From sequence record SRR20825006_2358: DNA of 40,570 nt; one strand, 5' to 3'. The stretch's first letter is position 1. Each line of letters starts with the position of its first letter. Both the position numbers and the translations under genes were made by a program. The notes beneath the pieces were generated by a model. That model worked only from the letters and a program-made list of their open reading frames with translations, was not told where the DNA came from and made no database searches. Below are positions 28,170-37,030 of this stretch, in pieces.

Positions 28170-28406
28170 ATGGAAATACGAGAGGTGCTGGCGCTCAATC
28201 TGCGAAAATACCGGCAGGCCCAGGGCCTGTCGCAGGAAGAACTCGCCGACCGCGCGGACATCGACCGCACCTATATCAGCGCCTTGGAGCGCAGCGTTTA
28301 CGCCGCCAGCATCGAGGTGGTGGACAGGCTCGCCCAGGGTCTTGGCGTGGAGGCAGCGGATCTCCTGCGCCGGCCCGCCACATCCGCGAAAGAGCCTCAA
28401 CTCTGA
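28170..28406 (+). CDS. qseC: XRE-family controller protein
   Basis: NLRKYRQAQGLSQEELADRADIDRTYISALER; divergent from qseM. Confidence 0.82.
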   Translation: MEIREVLALNLRKYRQAQGLSQEELADRADIDRTYISALERSVYAASIEVVDRLAQGLGVEAADLLRRPATSAKEPQL

Positions 28407-28823
28407 GGCGCTGTTCCTCGCTCCCCGAGTTCATCGATTTCGGCTCTTGGTTCTCCGATTAGGGCGCCCGCCCGGCCTCGCGGCCGCTCGCCGGGCTCTC
28501 GTGAACCGAGCCGCCTGACGGCGTCTCGGCCCTTCGGGCTTCGATCCCTGGCGCGATAGGCAGCCCTGCGGGCTGCCCGACGGCCGCCGCCCTTGCGGGC
28601 GGCGAACTTGTTTCTGTTGCCTTTCCCGGTGGCGCGGAGTGGGCGGCGCTCCCTTCTAGGCCCGCCGCGGCGTCCCGCAACCCTCCGCTGCGCTCCGGGT
28701 CCTCCACTCCGTTCCGGCCCTCCGGGTGCGGTCCGCCTCTTCGGCGGGCCTGTCCGGTCGCATCTCGCCGCCCACCCCGCTTCCGGGGAAAGGCGCGCGA
28801 GGTTTTGCGAGCGGAGGTTTGCC

Positions 28824-29729
28824 ATGCCGGAGCGCAAGCGGGAGACGGTCTATCAGGAGGTCACCGACCGGATCATTGCCGAGCTTGAGGCCGGGCGGGT
28901 GCCATGGGTCCAGCCCTGGGGCAAGGCCAAGGCCGGGGTCGGCCTACCCCGGAACGCGGCGACGGAGCGCAGCTATTCCGGGATCAACATCCTGATCCTG
29001 TGGGGCGCGGTCATCGAGAAGGGATACGCCGCGCAGCACTGGCTGACCTTCCGCCAAGCCCTTGCCTTGGGCGGGCACGTGCGCAAGGGCGAGCGCGGCA
29101 CCACCGTCGTCTACGCCGACCGTTTCATCCCCAAGGACGAGCGGAAGCGCGCGGCGGAGACGGGCGACGAGCCGCAGGCGGTGCCCTTCCTCAAACGCTT
29201 CACCGTGTTCAACGTCGCGCAGTGCGAGGACCTGCCCGAGCGTGTCCATGGCGGGGCGGCACCGCTGCCCGAGCGCGAGACCGTCCCGCACGCCGAGGCG
29301 CTGATTGCCGCGACCGGTGCCGATTTCCGCATCGGCGGCGAGCGCGCCTTCTACGTGCCGAGCGCGGACTTCATACAGGTACCGCCGCAGCCCGCCTTTT
29401 TCGAACAGATCAACTACTACCGGACGTGCTTTCACGAGCTCGGCCACTGGACCGGGCACGCCTCCCGGCTCGCCCGCGACCTGTCGGGCTCGTTCGGCTG
29501 CAAGGCCTACGCCCGCGAGGAACTGGTCGCCGAGATGGCGAGCGCGTTCGTCTGCGCCAGCCTCGCCATCGCGCCCACCGTGCGCCATGCCGACTACATC
29601 GGCTCATGGCTCGAGGTCTTGCGCGAGGACAACCGCGCCATCTTCCGCGCCGCGAGCCACGCCTCCAAGGCCGCCGATTATCTGTTGGCTTTCCGTGAGA
29701 CGGCGGGCGCGGCGGGAGCGGCGGCATGA
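28824..29729 (+). CDS. ardC: ArdC-family antirestriction / ssDNA-binding protein
   Basis: YQEVTDRIIAELEAGRVPWVQPW, YSGINIL, WLTFRQA, HELGHWTGH, YAREELVAE; GGAGG RBS. Confidence 0.9.
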   Translation: MPERKRETVYQEVTDRIIAELEAGRVPWVQPWGKAKAGVGLPRNAATERSYSGINILILWGAVIEKGYAAQHWLTFRQALALGGHVRKGERGTTVVYADRFIPKDERKRAAETGDEPQAVPFLKRFTVFNVAQCEDLPERVHGGAAPLPERETVPHAEALIAATGADFRIGGERAFYVPSADFIQVPPQPAFFEQINYYRTCFHELGHWTGHASRLARDLSGSFGCKAYAREELVAEMASAFVCASLAIAPTVRHADYIGSWLEVLREDNRAIFRAASHASKAADYLLAFRETAGAAGAAA

Positions 29730-29929
29730 GCGCGCCCGCTCCCGTGCCACTCGCCAGCGAGCCGACACAAGAGGGCGAGCAGACCCTCGTTCCCGGCGTC
29801 CGCCCGGTCAGCCAGCGCGAACGCATCGAGGCGCGCATGGCCGCGCCGCTCACCCCGCGCGTCCCGCAGAAGCCGTTGAACGTCGGCCTGTTCGACGAGG
29901 ACGCGCGCAACCAGCTCGACCTGTTCTGA
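29726..29929 (+). CDS. Small hypothetical protein ending in QLDLF
   Basis: ATGA overlap with the ardC stop; 67 aa; C-terminal NQLDLF. Confidence 0.7.
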   Translation: MSAPAPVPLASEPTQEGEQTLVPGVRPVSQRERIEARMAAPLTPRVPQKPLNVGLFDEDARNQLDLF

Positions 29930-29943
29930 CCCGGAGGCCCGCC

Positions 29944-30363
29944 ATGATCCTGATCCCTGACGACATCCGCCAGCGCCTGCTCGCCAACGGCGCCGCCGAG
30001 CGCGAGACCGACCACGTCCCCGTCGTGAAGCTGTTCGACCCGACCGGCGCGGCCACGTGGCTGATCACCGAGATGATGCCGGACGGCGACAGTCTGTTCG
30101 GGCTCTGCGACCTCGGCTTCGGCTGTCCCGAGCTTGGCTATGTCAGCCTCGCCGAGCTTGAGAGCGTCAAGGGACCGCTCAGGCTCGGCATCGAGCGCGA
30201 CCTCCACTTCGCCGCCCGCTTTCCGCTCTCGGTCTATGCCGAGGCGGCGCGCATCGCGGGCCGCATCACCGAGTCCGAGCGCATGCTGTCGCAGGCCGCC
30301 GCCGCGCTCCGCATCCGCAATCCCGAGCTTCCGCCCGACGGGGCGGGACCGACGCGCCGATAG
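29944..30363 (+). CDS. DUF2958 protein
   Basis: PVVKLFDPTGAATWLITE, FGLCDLGFGCPELGYVSL, IERDLHF; GGAGG RBS. Confidence 0.85.
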   Translation: MILIPDDIRQRLLANGAAERETDHVPVVKLFDPTGAATWLITEMMPDGDSLFGLCDLGFGCPELGYVSLAELESVKGPLRLGIERDLHFAARFPLSVYAEAARIAGRITESERMLSQAAAALRIRNPELPPDGAGPTRR

Positions 30364-30433
30364 GCGGCGCACGGCCCCCGCCTGCGCGCTGCGAGGGGAG
30401 GGGGCCGCCAACCTCAGACCATGGAGAGTGACT

Positions 30434-32173
30434 ATGCAGTTGCAACACATCCCCCTCGACAAGCTGGACGTCTCGGCGTGCAATATGCGGAACGCCAAGC
30501 GCGAGCCGGACGTCGCTGACATCCTGCCGAGCGTCCGCGCGCGCGGCATCCTGCAGCCGTTGCTGGTGCGGCCCAACGGCGAGCCGGAGCGCTTCGAGAT
30601 CGTCGCCGGGCGGCGGCGCTTCTTCGCCGCCAAGGCGGTCGCCGAGGAAGGCGGCGAGGTCGAGCCCGTGCCCTGCGCCGTGATGGAGCCGGGCGACGAC
30701 GCGGACGCGCTCGAAGCCTCGCTGATCGAGAACGCCGCGCGTCTCGACCCCGACGAGATGAGCCAGTACGAGACCTTCGCGCGGCTCACGAGGGAAGGGA
30801 AGTCGGTGGCCGAGATCGCCGAGACCTTCGGCATCACCGAGGTCATGGTGAAGCGCCGCCTCGCCCTCGGGAACCTGATGCCGAGGATCAGGACGGCCTA
30901 TCGCAAGGGCGAGATCGACGCCGAGACCGTGCGCCATCTCACCCTGGCCTCGAAGGCGCAGCAGAAGGACTGGCTCGCCCTGTTCGCCGACCCAGAGCAA
31001 TACGCGCCGCGCGGCTTCCAGTTGAAGCAGTGGCTGTTCGGCGGCCAGTCGATCCCTACCAGCGCCGCGTTGTTCCCGGTGGAGGACTATCCCGGCCAGA
31101 TCGTCGCCGACCTGTTCGGCGAGGACGCCTACTTCGCCGATGCCGACCTGTTCTGGCAGAAGCAGAACGAGGCCATCGCGGCGAAGCGGGACGCGCTTCT
31201 GGAAGCCGGATGGGCGGAGGTCGTCGTGCTGGAGCCCGGCCAATACTTCCATAGCTGGGAGCACGAGAAGACCCCGAAGACGAAGGGCGGCAAGGTGTTC
31301 ATCGCCGTCTCGCACCGGGGCGAGGTCGAGGTCCACGAGGGCTGGCTCAGCCGCAAGGAGGTCCGCCGTGCGGCCAAGAAAGCCGCCTCGGCGGACGCGG
31401 ACGGCGACGCGACCGAGGCTGCCACCGTCGCGCGCCCCGAGGCCACCAAGGCGATGCAGAACTACCTCGACCTGCACCGTCACGCCGTGGTCCGCCTCGC
31501 GCTCGTAGCCCACCCGGGCGTGGCGTTGCGGCTCATGGTGGCGCATGCCGTCGCGTCCTCCGGTCACTGGCAGGTGGAGCCCGAGCCGCAGCAGGCCGGC
31601 AGTGACGCCATCGCCGAGAGCGTCGCGAACAGCCCGGCGCAGCAGGCATTCGACGCCGAGCGGCAGGCAGTGCTGGCCTTGCTCGACCGGCCCGACTATC
31701 ACCACAGCGTGACCCAGCCGGGCTACGACGCTTATCCCACGGCGGTCGTATTCGCCAAGCTGCTGGCGCTGTCCGATGACGACGTGTTGCGTATTGCCGC
31801 CTGCGTCATGGCCGAAACGATGGCGGCGGGGAGCGCTGTGGTCGAGGCGGTCGGCAACCACTTGGGCGTGGACGCGGGGCAGCACTGGCAGCCCGATGAC
31901 GCGTTCTTCGACATGATCCGCGACAAGGCCGTGCTCAACGCCATGCTGGCCGAGGTCGCGGGCAAGCGGTGTGCCGACGCCAACGTCGCGGAGAAAGCGA
32001 AGACGCAGAAGAAGATCATCCGCGACTGCCTCGACGGCGCGAACGGCCGCGCCAAGGTCGAGGGCTGGCTGCCCGGCTGGCTAGCGTTCCCCGTGCGGGC
32101 GTACACTGAGAACGGCAGTCTCAAGACGGCCGACGAATGGGCGCGCGTCCGCAACCTGTTCGATGCCGCGTGA
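30434..32173 (+). CDS. ParB/RepB/Spo0J-family protein (long mobile-element type)
   Basis: SVRARGILQPLLVR, EIVAGRRRF, ASLIEN, central HTH. Confidence 0.88.
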   Translation: MQLQHIPLDKLDVSACNMRNAKREPDVADILPSVRARGILQPLLVRPNGEPERFEIVAGRRRFFAAKAVAEEGGEVEPVPCAVMEPGDDADALEASLIENAARLDPDEMSQYETFARLTREGKSVAEIAETFGITEVMVKRRLALGNLMPRIRTAYRKGEIDAETVRHLTLASKAQQKDWLALFADPEQYAPRGFQLKQWLFGGQSIPTSAALFPVEDYPGQIVADLFGEDAYFADADLFWQKQNEAIAAKRDALLEAGWAEVVVLEPGQYFHSWEHEKTPKTKGGKVFIAVSHRGEVEVHEGWLSRKEVRRAAKKAASADADGDATEAATVARPEATKAMQNYLDLHRHAVVRLALVAHPGVALRLMVAHAVASSGHWQVEPEPQQAGSDAIAESVANSPAQQAFDAERQAVLALLDRPDYHHSVTQPGYDAYPTAVVFAKLLALSDDDVLRIAACVMAETMAAGSAVVEAVGNHLGVDAGQHWQPDDAFFDMIRDKAVLNAMLAEVAGKRCADANVAEKAKTQKKIIRDCLDGANGRAKVEGWLPGWLAFPVRAYTENGSLKTADEWARVRNLFDAA

Positions 32174-32179
32174 TCCGTC

Positions 32180-32209
32180 GCGGGCGGCGGCCCGACGGCC
32201 GCCGCCCGC
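32180..32209. terminator. 13-bp GC hairpin between convergent genes
   Basis: GCGGGCGGCGGCC-CGAC-GGCCGCCGCCCGC; only a weak U tract. Confidence 0.65.
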
Positions 32210-32215
32210 TCTCGT

Positions 32216-33427
32216 TCATGCTCCCGCTTCCGCTTCAGACGGAAGGCCGGCGAGCCAAGCGTTCAGCCTCGCGCTCGCGTCACGGACGTCGTCGAGTATT
32301 CTCCGGGCTGACTGGCCGCCGTCGGCGTAGATCGTCCGGGTCTCCACGTCGCGCAAGGCGCGGCCGATCGCTGTCAACTCCTCGATCCGCTGATCGTCCC
32401 CGAGCCCGACGCCGAAGGTTGCGGCCTTGAGCAGCACCAGTCCGATCTCTCCGGCCGACGACTGGATGCCGTCGAGCCGTCCCTGATCGTCCATTTCCTG
32501 GAGCCGCGCCGCGAGGCTCGCGAGCTTTCGCGCGTTTTCCGAGACCGTCTCCCGCACGCCGGCGACCGAGTCAGCATGGAAGCCGTGCGGCTCGATCCAG
32601 CGTGTCCAGATGCTCCGTGCCGTCTCCCTTGCCGCCCGCGCCGCCGCGTCCATCTCGTCCCAGCCGCCGCCCATGGAGAGACGTTCGTGTGCAGCACGGT
32701 CGAGATTGCTCGCCATCTCCTCCAACGGCTCGACCATCTCCGCGAAGTCTCCCGGCGTCCGGGCCGCGAGGTCGCGCGCCGTTTCGGCCGCCCATGCGAG
32801 TCCGTGGCGTGTCTCGTTGAGCCACGGCTTGACGCGACGTTCTTCGAGTTCGTCGGCGTATACGACGACATCGACGACGAGCGACGCGGTCTGGCTCAAG
32901 AACTCGGATTCCGGGCTCGGCCGGCCGCTGCCGTTTCTCGCCCGGTCCCAATCGAGAACCCGGTCGATCACCTCGTGCGGCTCAGCCGGCCGCGAGGTAG
33001 CCATCTGGCGGAGGTACGGCACTCCGGCGACGTAGTAGAGCGGCGCATCGCCCTTCGGCACGGCGATGGCGAGCACGGTGCGGTCTTCGACCACGGCGAA
33101 CGCGAGCGCCGGCGTCACCGACGGTTTGATGCTGTTCGCACAGATGCCCGCGACGCGGTCGAGCAGGCGTTCCCGCTCGGACGCGCTTTCGCAATCCGCG
33201 AGGCCGATCACCCCGCCCGCCTTGGAGACGCCGAGCAGGATCGTGCCGAAATTGGAGGTGGCGAAGGCCGCAATCTCCTTGGCGAGATCGCGTGCCTGGC
33301 CGGGAAAGCGTTCCTTGAACTCCATATCCTGACGCTCACCGCCGGCGGCGAGCGTCGGCAGGCATCGCGAGAGATCGGCATCGGCCCAGGGCGGCACGGG
33401 CTGATTTGGTGAAGGTTCGTCGGCCAT
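32216..33427 (-). CDS. Schlafen/AlbA_2 domain protein with an uncharacterised helical C-terminus
   Basis: GERQDMEFKE, AKEIAAFATSNFGTILLGVS, VLAIAVPKG..PLY, YLRQ. The start is uncertain (33427 or upstream). Confidence 0.82.
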   Translation of the reverse strand: MADEPSPNQPVPPWADADLSRCLPTLAAGGERQDMEFKERFPGQARDLAKEIAAFATSNFGTILLGVSKAGGVIGLADCESASERERLLDRVAGICANSIKPSVTPALAFAVVEDRTVLAIAVPKGDAPLYYVAGVPYLRQMATSRPAEPHEVIDRVLDWDRARNGSGRPSPESEFLSQTASLVVDVVVYADELEERRVKPWLNETRHGLAWAAETARDLAARTPGDFAEMVEPLEEMASNLDRAAHERLSMGGGWDEMDAAARAARETARSIWTRWIEPHGFHADSVAGVRETVSENARKLASLAARLQEMDDQGRLDGIQSSAGEIGLVLLKAATFGVGLGDDQRIEELTAIGRALRDVETRTIYADGGQSARRILDDVRDASARLNAWLAGLPSEAEAGA

Positions 33428-34135
33428 GGTCCCAATTTGCCGCGTGGCCATGCGCAGAGACAAGGCTCATCGGATGCGGCTGCCGGATGATGGTCCGAGA
33501 GAGCGGTCCCGCGCCTGTCAGACGGGGTGGGCGGCGGCGCAAGCGTCGTCGGCCGGTGCCGTGCTCGCGCGTTTGGATGATCCGCCTATTGTCCGCATCC
33601 GCCCGCCGAGGCCAAACTGCGAGCCGTGCGGTCCAGCGCCAAGGCAATCGGCCAGCGAGCACGCGGCGCCGCGTCTTGCCGCCGTCTGGGGGCCGACCCT
33701 GAGCTCGCTCGCAACGGACATCGAGTGGCGAGGCCGGATGCGGTCTCGGCGTCATTCGTTCGGTCAGCAGGGGGCTACGCCGCAGCCGGTTCCGGTGTCT
33801 GATTCCAGCAGCCTGTAGGGCTGTCGTCCGCGGACGTAGACCGCGCCGCCTCCAGTCCGATCCGCCGTCGTTGCAAGCGCCCACGCGCCTGCTCCGGCTT
33901 GTGGACCTATGGCGGTCCCCGTTCCGGCGAAACCGGCTCCGGCGACTATTTTCCCCGCCGTGCTCGCTGCGCTGCGCGCGGCTTCCTCGCGCCCGCTGCG
34001 CTCCAAAATAGCCGCCTCCACCGGTCCTCCGCTGACGCTCCGGCCCTCCGGGTGCACCGGTTCGGCGCCCGCCATGGACGGTCCGCCGTAAGCAGGGCGA
34101 TGGGCGCCCTGCACGATCAAACGGAGGATCGAACA

Positions 34136-34468
34136 ATGGCAGCCATCGGATACGTCAACCGCCAGTCGGACGGCTCCTACAAGGGCTTCATCAACACCCT
34201 CAGCATCCGGCGCAGCGTCGTGCTCCTGCCGAACCGCGACAAGGACGCCGACAACCAGCCGGACTATCGGGTCTTCACCGACGACCGCGAGCGGGTGGAA
34301 CTCGGCGCCGCCTGGAAGCGGGTGGGCCAGAACTCGGGCAACAGCTACGTCTCGCTGAGCCTGGCCGCCCCGGAGTTCGGGCCGCGCAAGCTCTACGCCA
34401 ACCTCGGCCGCGCCGCCGGGCAGGACGATCCCGACACCTTCGCGATCATCTGGAACCCGGTCGACTGA
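34136..34468 (+). CDS. DUF736 protein
   Basis: MAAIG, YKGFINTLSI, PDYRV, ELGAAW, YVSLSLAAPEFG, YANL; GGAGG RBS. Confidence 0.88.
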   Translation: MAAIGYVNRQSDGSYKGFINTLSIRRSVVLLPNRDKDADNQPDYRVFTDDRERVELGAAWKRVGQNSGNSYVSLSLAAPEFGPRKLYANLGRAAGQDDPDTFAIIWNPVD

Positions 34469-34481
34469 CGGCCACCGCCTC

Positions 34482-34511
34482 GGCCCCGCGCCCTTCGGGC
34501 GCGGGGCCTTT
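34482..34511 (+). terminator. Intrinsic terminator after DUF736
   Basis: GGCCCCGCGCCC-TTC-GGGCGCGGGGCC followed by TTT. Confidence 0.65.
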
Positions 34512-34530
34512 CGCCTGTCTCGGAAGGGGC

Positions 34531-34558
34531 GGCGAATGCCCGGGCGGCGGTTTTCGCC
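34531..34558 (+). promoter_or_regulatory. FseA box upstream of rdfS
   Basis: GGCGAA-N16-TTCGCC (34531-34536 and 34553-34558), the inverted repeat I recall for FseA-activated rdfS promoters. Confidence 0.78.
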
Positions 34559-34646
34559 GGTCCCGGACCGCCCCCTCGCGCGCCCATCCTCGCCGTCAAC
34601 GGCGCGATCCTGCCGGTCGCGCGCTCCGGACGACGAGGTGACGACG

Positions 34647-34877
34647 ATGAGCGACGACGAGCACGAACGCGCCGCCCGCGCGAAGAAAGGCAGCCCCTTC
34701 CTCAACACCGCCCAGGCCGCCCACTACGTCGGCTTATCGGGCCGCACGCTCGAGAAAATGCGCGTGACCGGCGGCGGGCCGAAGTATCGCAAGCACGGTC
34801 GCTACGTCCGCTACCACATCGACGACCTCGACGCGTGGTCGGACTCCCGGTCCAAGGGCTCGACCTCCGATGCGTGA
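34647..34877 (+). CDS. rdfS: Recombination directionality factor / excisionase
   Basis: MSDDEHERAARAKKGSPFLNTAQAAHYVGLSGRTLEKMRVTGGGPKYRKHGRYVRYHIDDLDAW. Confidence 0.88.
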   Translation: MSDDEHERAARAKKGSPFLNTAQAAHYVGLSGRTLEKMRVTGGGPKYRKHGRYVRYHIDDLDAWSDSRSKGSTSDA

Positions 34878-35433
34878 GGACCGGCTCCTGTCGTCGGGCG
34901 TTCTGCGGCCGACGCGGCGCCGGCGCGGGCGTCGCCGCCCGCGCGTCCCGCTCGTCCTCGCGGGCCTCGGGCTCGCAGCGCTCGGCTTCGCAACACTCGC
35001 CGCGCCGGCGCCGCGCCTCGTCTGGAACGCCAGCGCCAGCGCGCCCGTGGGGCTCTACTGGGTCAGCCGCACGGCTCCGGCACGCGACGATCTGGTGCTC
35101 GCCACCTTGCCGCCCGACGCCCGCCGGCTCGCGGCCGACCGTGGCTATCTGCCGGTCGGGGTGCCGTTGGTGAAGCGTCTCGTGGCGGTTGCGGACGATG
35201 TCGTCTGCGCCGTCGGCGATGCCGTCTTCGTCAACGGCACGTATGTCGCCACGCGTCGCAATCGCGACTCCTTCGGCCGTGTGCTGCCGCGCTGGACCGG
35301 CTGTCGCACGCTCGCCGCCGACGAGGTCTTCCTGCTGATGGCACATGTCCGCGGCTCATTCGACAGCCGGTATTTCGGGCCGGTGCGGTGCGCCACGATC
35401 ATTGGGAGGCTCGTGCCGCTATGGACCGAATGA
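34870..35433 (+). CDS. traF: S26-family conjugative peptidase
   Basis: WNASASAPVGLY, RGYLP, LVKRL, SFDSRYFGP. Confidence 0.88.
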   Translation: MREDRLLSSGVLRPTRRRRGRRRPRVPLVLAGLGLAALGFATLAAPAPRLVWNASASAPVGLYWVSRTAPARDDLVLATLPPDARRLAADRGYLPVGVPLVKRLVAVADDVVCAVGDAVFVNGTYVATRRNRDSFGRVLPRWTGCRTLAADEVFLLMAHVRGSFDSRYFGPVRCATIIGRLVPLWTE

Positions 35434-36071
35434 CCGTCCGGGTGCTGGGCATGGTTGCCGTCGCGACGCTGGCGTGCCCGTCCTCCGCCGTCGCCGAACC
35501 GGCCGCCATCAAGCAGCGGCTCGACCGCTGGGAGCCGTTCATCGCCGGGGCCTCCGCCCGGTTCGCCGTCCCGGCACTCTGGATACGCGCGGTCATCCAG
35601 GCCGAAAGCGCCGGGCGAACCATGCTCAACGGCCGTCCGATCACTTCATCCGCCGGTGCCATGGGCCTCATGCAGGTGATGCCTGACACCTACGACGAGA
35701 TGCGCCGGCGAAATGGCCTTGGTCACGATCCGCACGATCCGAGCGACAACATTCTGGCCGGGACCGCCTACCTCCGCGCCCTCTACGAACGCTTCGGATT
35801 CCCGGGTCTGTTCGCCGCCTACAACGCCGGGCCCAGGCGATACCAGGAGCATCTGACTGACGGGCGACCGTTACCGCGCGAGACGCGTCTATTCCTCGCG
35901 CGACTTGATCCGACCCGCTTGACAACCAGCATCGATGGGATCGTCCTTCCGGATCGGCGTCTCTTCTTTCCTCTGCGCACGACAGTCGCGGGCGGTCACA
36001 AACCCTTGGCGGCGCCGGCCTCGGGGAACCTGTTCGTGCCCTTGCGCACCGTCCCGGACAGAGACCGATGA
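35430..36071 (+). CDS. Lytic transglycosylase (msi107-like)
   Basis: IRAVIQAESAG, SSAGAMGLMQVMP, AAYNAGP; ATGA overlap with traF. Confidence 0.88.
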   Translation: MTVRVLGMVAVATLACPSSAVAEPAAIKQRLDRWEPFIAGASARFAVPALWIRAVIQAESAGRTMLNGRPITSSAGAMGLMQVMPDTYDEMRRRNGLGHDPHDPSDNILAGTAYLRALYERFGFPGLFAAYNAGPRRYQEHLTDGRPLPRETRLFLARLDPTRLTTSIDGIVLPDRRLFFPLRTTVAGGHKPLAAPASGNLFVPLRTVPDRDR

Positions 36072-36145
36072 GCCGCGGCGGCACGGACGGTGCCCTGTCG
36101 GAGAGAGAGAACCTCGTCTCGGTTATCCCAGCGTACCAGCCAGGA

Positions 36146-36270
36146 CGAAGCGGCCGTCAAGGATGCGCGGTCCCCCCAAAATGCTCCGCTGCGCTGGCGC
36201 TCCGCTCCGCATTTCGGCTCCCCCGCGCCCCGCTGGCGCGGCGCCTCCGGCGTCCTTGACGGCCGCTTCG
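36146..36270. repeat. Long hairpin with 18-bp perfect arms
   Basis: CGAAGCGGCCGTCAAGGA (36146-36163) pairs with TCCTTGACGGCCGCTTCG (36253-36270); the arm contains TTGACG. Confidence 0.85.
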
Positions 36271-36326
36271 CCGGCCGATGGCGGGAGCTGTCCTCGATGA
36301 GGAGGACAGCAACGATGGAGGTTCCG

Positions 36327-36689
36327 ATGACCACGCTTCACACGCATCCGCACGCCGCGTTCGACCGCTTCCCGCAGCTCCGCCGCGACTTGACCGCCGA
36401 GTTCGGCAGCGACGGAATTGACGCCGTTATCGAGCATTTTATCGCCGCCGAGCGGGCCGATTTCCACTGGGACGGACGCATCGCGGAGATGAATCTCGGC
36501 GCCTGGGAGAGCCTCGACGACGAAGACGAGACGTTCGAGCGGGTGGCGATTCTCGGCTACTTCCGCGCCCGCTACTACGTCGCGACGTGCCTCATCGATG
36601 CCGATCGGCATGTCCACTGGATGCTCGGTCTGCGGCATTTCGAGAGCTTCGAGAGCGCCGATCAGGCGTTCTTCGCGGGCGGCGGATGA
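36327..36689 (+). CDS. Hypothetical acidic/aromatic protein
   Basis: GGAGG RBS, 120 codons, coding-like high-GC3 usage; no family recognised. Confidence 0.7.
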   Translation: MTTLHTHPHAAFDRFPQLRRDLTAEFGSDGIDAVIEHFIAAERADFHWDGRIAEMNLGAWESLDDEDETFERVAILGYFRARYYVATCLIDADRHVHWMLGLRHFESFESADQAFFAGGG

Positions 36690-36839
36690 TGCCATGAGCC
36701 ACCCTGGGAGCGGTACCGCCAAGTGCCGCTCCCGACTTCTTTGTGTGGTGATCCTGGCCGGTGCGCGACCCGTTGCCCGAGCCGAGGTTCAGTGAGAGAT
36801 CGCAGGTGATCGCAGGAGGGACGGTAGGTGGCTCAGAAG

Positions 36840-36960
36840 CCCGGTAGGGCAAGATAAAAGAACGGCACCATCGCGTTGCCTCGATGCCCTCAAGTCTTTG
36901 TCTGCACATCTTTTTTCAGGATCAAGGATGGTGCCAAAGCGGGTGAGGATGGTGCCGTTT
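36840..36960 (-). other. Candidate oriT (MOBP-type nic plus repeats)
   Basis: Minus-strand TATCTTG^CCC (36856-36847) is one mismatch from the RP4-type TATCCTG^CCC. AACGGCACCATC (36861-36872) is inverted at 36948-36959. AGGATGGTGCC occurs twice (36925, 36946). The site lies just upstream of the relaxase. Confidence 0.6.
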
Positions 36961-37030
36961 TACGCGCTACCCATTGGAAACCCATGCTTTTTCCGGTGCC
37001 AAATGTTGCTGAAAGGTCGTGGAGAACGCG

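Noticed and set aside
5319-30433. Extended N-termini in the ORF track (5319, 9904, 11242, 19087, 25141, 28593, 29305, 30134)
   Set aside because: Downstream ATGs fit RBS position, gene coupling and family N-termini better.
12145-31885. Long antisense ORFs (12145..13707, 19932..21413, 24589..26193, 29410..30846, 30266..31885)
   Set aside because: Shadows of well-supported genes in high-GC DNA, with no recognisable motifs.
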